Source of the DNA: Deltaproteobacteria bacterium
GTDB lineage: Bacteria; UBA10199; GCA-002796325; JACPFF01
NCBI GenBank assembly: GCA_016183065.1
Contig: JACPFF010000006.1
Coordinates: forward strand, 43,578 to 107,577
Direction of reading: 5' to 3'
Length of the DNA stretch: 64,000 bases
Part shown: positions 57,103 through 64,000 of the stretch, in pieces
Layout of the letters: every line of letters starts with the position of its first letter
How positions within the stretch are numbered: position 1 is the first letter of the stretch
Notes under the pieces: model-generated
The model's database searches: none
Told to the model about the DNA's origin: nothing
The model's input: only the letters and a program-made list of their open reading frames with translations
Translations under genes and position numbers: made by a program

Positions 57103-58242
57103 ATGGAAGTCACACAGATCACGTGTGCCGAGGTGCAGGGACGGATGGTCGCCGATCCAGCGACCGTCCTCCTCGATGTGCGTGAAAGCGGAGAATGGGA
57201 ACTGGGCCATATCCCGGGGGCCCGGCATCTGCCTCGCAGCGAGATTCCCGGGCGCGTTGCCGAGATGATCCCCGATCGTGCCACAGCGATCATCTGCTAC
57301 TGTGCACATGGCGTCCGCTCGGCGCGCGCGGTCGAGACGTTGCACGGGCTCGGGTATCATCAGGTGACCCACATGGCGGGTGGTTTTGTCGCATGGGAGG
57401 ATGCCCAGTTGCCGACCGTGGCCACGGCCGTTCTGAGCGATGAGGAGCGCGTGCGCTATCAACGCCATATCACACTCCCGCACGTCGGCGCGACCGGACA
57501 GGTCCGCCTGCGTCAAGCGCGAGTGTTGCTCGTCGGCGCCGGAGGCCTCGGGTCCCCGGCAGCCCTCTATCTGGCCGCAGCCGGGGTCGGAACCCTCGGC
57601 ATCGTCGACCACGATATCGTCGATCCGTCGAATCTGCAGCGGCAGATTCTTCATACCACTGAACGGATCGGTGCCGCGAAAATCGAGTCCGCGCAGGTCA
57701 CCTTGCGGGGACTCAATCCCCTCGTCACCATTGAACCGCACCACGTCCGTGTCACGCAGAAGAATGCGCAGTCGCTCTGTGAGACCTACGATATCATTCT
57801 CGACGGCAGCGACAATTTTCCAACACGCTATCTCCTCAATGAGTGCGCAGTGACGCTGCGCAAACCGATGGTCCACGGCAGTGTCTATCGGTTCGAGGGG
57901 CAGGTCACGGTCTTTTGGCCCGGTCGCGGACCTTGTTATCGCTGTCTCTATCGGGAGGCCCCCCCGCCGGCCATGGCGCCGTCCTGTGCCGAAGCAGGGG
58001 TGCTCGGGGTGTTACCGGGCGTGATCGGACTCTTGCAGGCCGTAGAGACCATCAAGTTGATCCTCGCATGTGGGGAATCGCTGGTCGGGCGCCTGATCTG
58101 CTATGAAGCCCTCCAGGCGCGGTTTCACGAATTGCAGGTTCCCCGCGATCCGGCGTGTCCTACCTGTAAGGGGTTGTTGCAAGAAAGATCTGGAGATAGG
58201 TGCTCGCCGCCAGCAACAATTCGAGGGCGATCGCCACGGTGA
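57103..58242 (+). CDS. moeB: MoeB/ThiF-family adenylyltransferase with an N-terminal rhodanese domain
   Basis: Track ORF 57010..58242. Rhodanese loop CYCAHGVRS. ThiF GAGGLGSP nucleotide loop. CYRC...CPTC Zn site. The start (ATG 57103) is uncertain. Confidence 0.85.
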   Translation: MEVTQITCAEVQGRMVADPATVLLDVRESGEWELGHIPGARHLPRSEIPGRVAEMIPDRATAIICYCAHGVRSARAVETLHGLGYHQVTHMAGGFVAWEDAQLPTVATAVLSDEERVRYQRHITLPHVGATGQVRLRQARVLLVGAGGLGSPAALYLAAAGVGTLGIVDHDIVDPSNLQRQILHTTERIGAAKIESAQVTLRGLNPLVTIEPHHVRVTQKNAQSLCETYDIILDGSDNFPTRYLLNECAVTLRKPMVHGSVYRFEGQVTVFWPGRGPCYRCLYREAPPPAMAPSCAEAGVLGVLPGVIGLLQAVETIKLILACGESLVGRLICYEALQARFHELQVPRDPACPTCKGLLQERSGDRCSPPATIRGRSPR

Positions 58243-58699
58243 AGGCGAGCAGGCTCCGCTGGATCCACCGATGTTTGAAGGCATTAATTTTTCCGACGGT
58301 AAAGATGCTGTCGGCAAAGATGTGGAAGACCGCATCGGGATCTTCAATGAAACTTCGCAGGTGTTTTTCGTAGGCCCCGGCATGAGCACACTGGGCAATG
58401 CCGCCAAAAAACGTCGGATTGGCCCCGACCTGTGGAAGGTGTGTGTGATCGATGCGTGGGGTAATGACCCGCAACAGGGCAATGAGGGTGATAAAGGTGG
58501 CGAGGAGATAACTACAGACGAGTCCGAATGCGAGAGGGGTCAGCGAAATTTTTTGAAAATGTGCCAGAAAAAAAACCAGAATGACGCCCAGGGCCGACAA
58601 CAGATGGAGGGCCTTTTGATCGGTCCGTTGGGCAATCTGCTGTTCGCTGGAGAGGATCTGAAATAAGGTCGTCAACGTGTCCATCGATTGTGTCGGCAT
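58160..58699 (-). CDS. three-TM membrane protein resembling the DUF5706 / Pycsar-effector (PycTM) family
   Basis: 179 aa. Layout: N-terminal helix (QQIAQRTDQKA), TM hairpin, ITPRI, TFFGGIAQC, soluble helices, KINAFKHRW, C-terminal TM. The family call is from memory of the domain layout. The 3' end overlaps moeB by 83 nt. Confidence 0.55.
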   Translation of the reverse strand: MPTQSMDTLTTLFQILSSEQQIAQRTDQKALHLLSALGVILVFFLAHFQKISLTPLAFGLVCSYLLATFITLIALLRVITPRIDHTHLPQVGANPTFFGGIAQCAHAGAYEKHLRSFIEDPDAVFHIFADSIFTVGKINAFKHRWIQRSLLAFTVAIALELLLAASTYLQIFLATTPYR

Positions 58700-58840
58700 G
58701 CAGAGATTTTATCATGGGGAACCGGTGCCGGCAATACCCTCGTGCGGTCGCGCCAGAAAGGCATTTCCCGCCTTGCGCCTCTGGCGGAGAAGGCTTATGT
58801 GGATGTCGCGTGAGGGCTCTGGGGGAGTGCACGAGGGAGC

Positions 58841-59359
58841 ATGCTGATGGACACAGTCATTCTCTTTGTCACCGCCTGTGCTGCCACCGAAGCGCGTCGC
58901 GTTGAGGTTGCAGCGGTGGTGCAGCGCACAGCGCCAGAGCACGGAACATATCGACAGGTGCTCGCTGTGGATCCCGCGGTGGCCAAGGTATTTGCCACCT
59001 GGTTTCCCGATATCCCGCAAATGTCCCAGTGTGGTGGCGATTACGGCGAACGTCTCTCTGCGGTATTGCACGAGGCCACGCGTCACGGCGGACGGGCCAT
59101 CGTGATTGGCATGGAGTCTCTGGAGATCGATCGGGAGACTCTGGCGGAGGCCTTTGCCGCCCTCGAGACCTTTGATCTCGTCGTCGGTCCGACACCGGAG
59201 GGTGGGTATTATCTGCTCGGCGGGCACCGTGCGGAGCCGCGCCTGTTTGAGGGGATCGCCTGGGGGACGGAGACCGTCTGTGCCGCGCTCCTTGCCCGCG
59301 CAACGGCCGGTGGTGTGCGCACAGCACTCCTGCGACCCCGCGGGGGGACCGAGTCGTGA
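58841..59359 (+). CDS. DUF2064/TIGR04282-like glycosyltransferase-fold protein (divergent N-terminus)
   Basis: GGDYGERL, VIGMESLEI, VVGPTPEGGYYLLG and IAWGTETV match the DUF2064 pattern as I recall it. The usual N-terminal PGxVKTRL motif is not seen. Confidence 0.5.
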   Translation: MLMDTVILFVTACAATEARRVEVAAVVQRTAPEHGTYRQVLAVDPAVAKVFATWFPDIPQMSQCGGDYGERLSAVLHEATRHGGRAIVIGMESLEIDRETLAEAFAALETFDLVVGPTPEGGYYLLGGHRAEPRLFEGIAWGTETVCAALLARATAGGVRTALLRPRGGTES

Positions 59360-59541
59360 TCGGTGCATGCGTTGTGGACGCCGAAATGATATGATCCGTT
59401 CACTTTTCGTGAGGAGACGCATCTCGCGTGGCCCCATGCTATGAATAGATTGACCGCAACATGGCATCACGACTATGTTTGCGTGGCATTGAATGAATCA
59501 TCAGGTGTCGCGATCGCTCGCGCACCAGGAGGGGAGGTATT

Positions 59542-59871
59542 ATGACGGCATTTCCACTGTTCCGTTCCGAACGGCAGGTGTTGTTGACACATCGCAATGC
59601 CATTGCAACGGACCGTACGCTGGTACTCATACGGCATGTCGTTTACGGGATTGACTCCTCCTGGAAGAAATGGCTCACGAAGGAGCCTTACGCAGCCGAT
59701 GCCTGGATGCGTGCTTGGAATGAAGGATCGGTGTCTGGCATGGTGAGCGCCTGTGAGACCCATATTCGCTCAACGAAGCTCGTCCATTCCGGTGGCGATC
59801 CGCGGCGTATCGGCGATTATCCTGGATGGAGGGGATTCCACGGGATATGGAAGGAAGAACGCCGTAGGTAA
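59542..59871 (+). CDS. hypothetical protein (orphan, AT-richer region)
   Basis: ATG 59542 is preceded by AGGAGGGGAGG (59527-59537). 109 aa. No family recognised. Confidence 0.45.
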   Translation: MTAFPLFRSERQVLLTHRNAIATDRTLVLIRHVVYGIDSSWKKWLTKEPYAADAWMRAWNEGSVSGMVSACETHIRSTKLVHSGGDPRRIGDYPGWRGFHGIWKEERRR

Positions 59872-60003
59872 CGATGTTCGACCGCGACGCCTTTTCGGGT
59901 CCCCCGATATTTCGGCGGAACAATCATTGTATCGGTGATCATTCGTTGTATCCGCGATCACATTGACCCACCCTGCGAATTCTCGTAGGGATTCTCCGTC
60001 GAT

Positions 60004-60077
60004 GTGCCCGTAGCTCAGTCGGATAGAGCACAAGCCTTCTAAGCTTGGGGTCGCAGGTTCGAATCCTGCCGGGCACG
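60004..60077 (+). tRNA. tRNA-Arg (anticodon TCT)
   Basis: Hand-folded cloverleaf. Acceptor GTGCCCG/CGGGCAC (7 bp), D arm GCTC-AGTCGGATA-GAGC, anticodon arm CAAGC-CTTCTAA-GCTTG, T arm GCAGG-TTCGAAT-CCTGC, discriminator G. No encoded CCA. Confidence 0.95.
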
Positions 60078-61784
60078 CAGGACCTCCAGAATCCACACGT
60101 CGCCTGGATCGAGCGGGACGGGGAGTTGTGGAGGGTGGGAGGCCACCGTTTCTCCGCTCAAGACGTCACGAAACTGGCACGGAGTGTCGAGGCCGGGGAG
60201 TGCAGTGAGGTCCACGGCGAGCTGGTGTGCGTGATAGATATCGAGATTGGCGAAGATCAGATAGGCCACGTTCCCTCCATCGTTCAGGCGCGCGGCACCG
60301 ATAATGGCCCGGTGGTTGCCATCGATGAAGCGCAGGTTGCCGGGGATGTGAAAAGAGCGGCTGCTGCTGGTCAGATGATTGAGTGCGGTGAGTAATCTGG
60401 CGATTTCCGCGTGGTGTGCCAAGTGGAGGCGCCCCTTGCGTCCGATGAAATCAATCCGTTTCTCCAGACCGAATTCGACACCTTGGGTCACGCCCGACGG
60501 CCCGGGGCCGAGGAGTGTCGAAATCACCAAACGTGGGAGTGTCGAGATGACATCGCCAAATTCCTGTGCCGGCGATCCGCTGTCGTGCGAGGAGATCGGG
60601 AAGTAATAGCGCACCTTCTGGTCCGCCCGATGGAGGTCCTGGATGTATCCGCGCAGTTCCGGCAGGAATTTGTGTTCCCATGGCGTGGCCAGGATGAGGT
60701 GGAGGCCGTATTTGAGGACGAGGCGTTCAACCACGGGGGGATCCGCGAAGATTTCGCCAAAGAGGATCAGATCGGGGTGTTCACTCCGGATGGCACAGAG
60801 GAGATGTTCCGTGAAGCCTTCATGACTGGAGTGTAAATTGTCGAGGCGGATCATCCCCTCATTTTTTGCCGCAAGGCGACTCCACAAGAGCCCATATTCG
60901 GTCATGTAGTGCCACAAGGCCGTCCGTTCCCGCTGATCCGGCAGGTCGTAGTCGAGGAGCGCGAGATCGTGCCACTTGTGCCATGCCCGGCCGTCAGACC
61001 AGCCGCTCCGGCGGATTCCATCGGCCTCGTCCGCGTCTTCGGCACACCAGGTCGGATGATGTGCGACAATGGGACTCTCGATGCCCACGTGATTGATCAC
61101 GAGGTCAACGGCGAGCTTGAAACCCATCTGCCGGGCCTCACTGAGAAAGCGGTCGAGTTGCGACCAAGCGGTGGCGCGATCCTTGGGGTCGACGTACGCG
61201 GGATCGATCGCAAAGTGGTCGCGCACGGCATAGGGCGACTCGGAGGTGTCCATGGTCGTGATCGGGAGGAGGTGGATCATGTTGAAGCCCAACGTCCGTA
61301 ATCGGGGCAGATCCCGGCGCCACTCTCCCATATGTCCGCTCGCCGTGGGGATGAGCGTGTAGATGCGCAGATCGGGAATCGTCACGGGATCGACCACGTA
61401 GTAGGCATAGGGCATGCGATCCCAATACCACTGCCTGCCGATCTGGTATTTGATCTTGAAGCGGTGGACCCCGCACTGTTCGGTGGGAAGCCAGAGATGA
61501 TAGTGACCCTCATGCTGCGTGCACGGCAATTCCGCGGTTATCGCGCGTCCGGTGGCGAGCCATTCGTGGACCAGGATCGGCGGTGCATTGAGGGCAACCT
61601 CCGGTCGAAACCAGAATTCCAGGGGGACGGCATCGTGCTGGAGCAGGCGGAAGAAATTCGTCTGTCCGCAGGAATAACTCCGTTTGGCAATGGCATCACC
61701 CCCGCGGATCACGACTGGCGGACGCCGGTGGAGCCGGGGAGTCGGCGACGAACGCCACGACGGCCAGCGGAAGAAATTATTCAT
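60039..61784 (-). CDS. GH13 alpha-amylase-family enzyme (GlgE-like glucanotransferase/maltosyltransferase candidate)
   Basis: GH13 regions I-IV are present: VDLVINHVG, GMIRLDNLHS, LFGEIFA, ISSHDS. The last ~13 codons run antisense through the tRNA. The start overlaps the glgP stop by 8 nt. Confidence 0.85.
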   Translation of the reverse strand: MNNFFRWPSWRSSPTPRLHRRPPVVIRGGDAIAKRSYSCGQTNFFRLLQHDAVPLEFWFRPEVALNAPPILVHEWLATGRAITAELPCTQHEGHYHLWLPTEQCGVHRFKIKYQIGRQWYWDRMPYAYYVVDPVTIPDLRIYTLIPTASGHMGEWRRDLPRLRTLGFNMIHLLPITTMDTSESPYAVRDHFAIDPAYVDPKDRATAWSQLDRFLSEARQMGFKLAVDLVINHVGIESPIVAHHPTWCAEDADEADGIRRSGWSDGRAWHKWHDLALLDYDLPDQRERTALWHYMTEYGLLWSRLAAKNEGMIRLDNLHSSHEGFTEHLLCAIRSEHPDLILFGEIFADPPVVERLVLKYGLHLILATPWEHKFLPELRGYIQDLHRADQKVRYYFPISSHDSGSPAQEFGDVISTLPRLVISTLLGPGPSGVTQGVEFGLEKRIDFIGRKGRLHLAHHAEIARLLTALNHLTSSSRSFHIPGNLRFIDGNHRAIIGAARLNDGGNVAYLIFANLDIYHAHQLAVDLTALPGLDTPCQFRDVLSGETVASHPPQLPVPLDPGDVWILEVLRARQDSNLRPQA

Positions 61785-64000
61785 ACCAGGTAATGAGTCC
61801 GGGGAGCATGTTGGTGGCCAGATTCGTATGTCCGGGAATCACGCGGACCGTGTAACCGTATCGTCCGCCGTGCGTGCAGGTGATGGCGGCCGTGAAATGC
61901 TGGATGCCGTCATTGTCTCCCGTGAGCGCCATGGGGGTCCGCATGCCGTCAACGATCTCGTGATGCGGACTGAGCGGACCGTGGTAACATTCCACGCGGA
62001 TGTGATGCGATGGAATCGAGCCGAGGCGCACCGCGCTGCGGATGGTCAGTTCGTCCCCCTTGCGCACAAAGCCGACCTTGTCCGATTCCACGTCGGCAAT
62101 GGCAATTTCCGGCCACGCCTGCCGGAGACCGGTCCGCCATTGATGGAGCTCTTTTGCGCCGTGACAGCCGTTGCCGGTGAGGTTGTCGTGGAGTGTCAGC
62201 ATCGGGCGGTAGTACCGGGAAAAATATTCCTCGACCATCCGGTTGGCATTGAATTGGTCACCGAGTCGTCGCATGGCCGTGCGCATCATCTCGATCCATT
62301 GGCGCGGCAGGTTTTTTTTGTCACGGTCATAGTAGAGCGGGATAATGTTGTTCTCGAGCAGCCGATAGAGCTGCCGGCTTTCGATCGCATCCTCGGTTTT
62401 CTGGTCGGCATAGCGTTCGCGACCACCAATGGCCCAGCCGCACTCCGGCACGAAGGCCTCGTCCCACCAGCCGTCGAGGACCGAGAGATTGAGGCCGCCA
62501 TTCATGGCGGCCTTCATGCCGGAGGTGCCCGAGGCCTCCTGGGGCCGGAGCGGGGTGTTGAGCCAGACGTCGACCCCTTGCACCAGATGTTGTGCCACAT
62601 TAATGTCATAGTTTTCCACGAAGACGATCCGTCGCCGCAAGTCGGCGTCGCTCGCGATCTCGTGGATCCGCTGGATGATCTCCTTCCCGTGCTGATCGGC
62701 CGGATGGGCCTTTCCCGCGATAATCACCTGGACCGGGGACGCGGGATTGCAGAGGATGCGCCGGAGGCGTTCCGGATCGCTGAAGAGGAGATAGGCCCGT
62801 TTATAGGCGGTAAACCGCCGCGCAAAACCGATGGTCAGGACATGCGGCTGGAGAATCTCCTCGATCACCTTTTGTTCGCCACTCCCCAGTCCGCTCCGCT
62901 GATATTGTGCGCGGAGACGCTCGTGGATGTAATCGACGAGCTGGACCTTGAGCAGTTCCTTGATGTCCCAGAGATCTTCGTCTTTCAAATGTTCCACGGC
63001 CTCCCAGAGATGGAGATCGATCAGCTCATTGGGGACGGTGCGCGGGACATAGCGGGCCAGGAGGGTGTGAAAGTGGCCGTTGAGCCACGTACTCGTATGC
63101 ACGCCATTCACAATATGTCCGATCGGTATTTCATGTTCCGGGATGTTGGGATAGAGATCGCGCCACATGTGCCGTGACACAGCGCCGTGCAATTGTGACA
63201 CGCCATTGGCATGTGCAGCAAGACGGAGCGCGAGGACCGTCATGCAGAATTCGTCCTTGGCGCTTTCGGTCGGTTCACGTCCCAGTTCGAGAAAATTCTC
63301 CCACGGGATTTGCAGTTCCTTGGCGTACTGCGAAAAATACTGCTGTAACAGTGGCACCGCAAATCGCTCATTGCCGGCGGCCACGGGGGTATGCGTGGTG
63401 AAGAGTGAGGTCGCCCAGACAATCTCGCGCGCCTCATCACACGAGAGGTGTTCCGTCTGCATGATCTGCCGGATCCGTTCGACCAGGAGAAAGGCGGAAT
63501 GACCCTCGTTAATATGATAGCTGCCCGGTGCATACCCCAGTTGTTGCAGGGCGCGGACGCCCCCGATGCCGAGGAGCATCTCCTGTTGGAGGCGGATTTC
63601 GCGACTGGGATCGTAGAGGGATTTCGTGATGTCCCGGTATTTCGGGGCATTCTCATGGAGGTTTGAATCGAGGAGCAGCAAGAAGGTCCGTCCCACATCG
63701 ACCCGCCAGATCTGGAAGTGCACGGTATCGCCCATGACGGGGATATGGCTGCGGATCGGCTTTCCCCCGGCATCGGTCACCAGCCGGACCGGCATGCTGT
63801 GCCAATCGTTTTCTAGGTATTCTTCCTGCTGGATCCCCTCCGGGGTGAGCGATTGCTGAAAGTATCCCTGCCGATAGAGGAGACCGACGCCGACCAGGGG
63901 GACGCCCAGATCGCTGGCCGTCTTCATGTGATCCCCGGCCAGGACGCCGAGTCCGCCGGAGTAGGTGGGGAGGGATTCATGAAACGCAAACTCCGCCGAA
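61777..64000 (-). CDS. glgP: alpha-glucan (glycogen/maltodextrin) phosphorylase, GT35; 5' end beyond the window
   Basis: PLP-lysine motif EASGTSGMKAAMNG. The reading frame stays open to nt 64000 (SGGLGVLAGDHMKTASDLG is near the N-terminus). Confidence 0.9.
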   Translation of the reverse strand, partial: SAEFAFHESLPTYSGGLGVLAGDHMKTASDLGVPLVGVGLLYRQGYFQQSLTPEGIQQEEYLENDWHSMPVRLVTDAGGKPIRSHIPVMGDTVHFQIWRVDVGRTFLLLLDSNLHENAPKYRDITKSLYDPSREIRLQQEMLLGIGGVRALQQLGYAPGSYHINEGHSAFLLVERIRQIMQTEHLSCDEAREIVWATSLFTTHTPVAAGNERFAVPLLQQYFSQYAKELQIPWENFLELGREPTESAKDEFCMTVLALRLAAHANGVSQLHGAVSRHMWRDLYPNIPEHEIPIGHIVNGVHTSTWLNGHFHTLLARYVPRTVPNELIDLHLWEAVEHLKDEDLWDIKELLKVQLVDYIHERLRAQYQRSGLGSGEQKVIEEILQPHVLTIGFARRFTAYKRAYLLFSDPERLRRILCNPASPVQVIIAGKAHPADQHGKEIIQRIHEIASDADLRRRIVFVENYDINVAQHLVQGVDVWLNTPLRPQEASGTSGMKAAMNGGLNLSVLDGWWDEAFVPECGWAIGGRERYADQKTEDAIESRQLYRLLENNIIPLYYDRDKKNLPRQWIEMMRTAMRRLGDQFNANRMVEEYFSRYYRPMLTLHDNLTGNGCHGAKELHQWRTGLRQAWPEIAIADVESDKVGFVRKGDELTIRSAVRLGSIPSHHIRVECYHGPLSPHHEIVDGMRTPMALTGDNDGIQHFTAAITCTHGGRYGYTVRVIPGHTNLATNMLPGLITWYE

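Noticed and set aside
58160-59359. A complete Pycsar (cyclase plus effector) system.
   Set aside because: No nucleotide-cyclase-like gene adjoins the effector-like protein. The divergent neighbour looks like DUF2064, not a class III cyclase.
59872-60077. A prophage or integrative element at tRNA-Arg.
   Set aside because: No integrase, no phage-like genes and no visible direct repeat of the tRNA 3' end within the window. Only a short AT-richer patch remains.

Overview
High-GC chromosomal segment of a diderm bacterium (SurA, a LolB-like protein and many lipobox proteins are present). It is densely coded on both strands and consists mostly of housekeeping genes. In order: a late menaquinone (futalosine-type) cluster of ubiA/ubiX/ubiE/ubiD-like genes plus an amidohydrolase; sucC-sucD-ndk; a TPR lipoprotein and a LolB-like lipoprotein; a peptide-type ABC transporter; two paralogous HEXXH lipoproteins; lgt-lipoprotein-ileS-lspA-lgt2-CPBP protease; rng; gltX; an ilvC remnant; a double-length M16 peptidase; a histidine phosphatase; ligA-nadA-ruvX-mltG; apbE; uvrA; phosphohexomutase-pdxA-surA-ppiC; rhodanese-moeB; tRNA-Arg(TCT); and a GH13 enzyme plus glucan phosphorylase, which runs off the 3' end of the window. 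I saw no rRNA, CRISPR array, integrase, transposase or reverse transcriptase. Function calls rest on motif and family recognition by eye from the ORF track, and no database was searched. Many long ORFs in the track are antisense shadows typical of high-GC DNA. Accessory-looking, AT-richer patches are: vapBC (1.6-2.3 kb), a single AAA+ ATPase gene (7.1-8.4 kb), an unknown gene split at a G8 tract (12.4-13.3 kb), the intergenic DNA around the two metalloprotease genes, and an orphan ORF before the tRNA (59.4-60.0 kb). Single-line hand counts give 18/60 G+C at 7981-8040 against 35/60 at 9001-9060. Three genes carry frame disruptions: ileS (about 19 nt missing), ilvC (about 85 nt missing) and the G8-split ORF. 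This points either to assembly problems or to real decay. I found no clear, complete novel system. My best candidates are: (1) the lipoprotein-maturation supercluster, in which a second Lgt is translationally coupled to a CPBP/CAAX-type protease; (2) the tandem gluzincin lipoproteins separated by a hairpin-rich MITE/REP-like repeat that recurs after ileS; (3) a four-gene overlapping operon that includes a His/Asp-rich 17-residue tandem-repeat secreted protein; (4) the low-GC stand-alone AAA+ ATPase; (5) an orphan Pycsar-effector-like membrane protein. All five are hypotheses that need computation.
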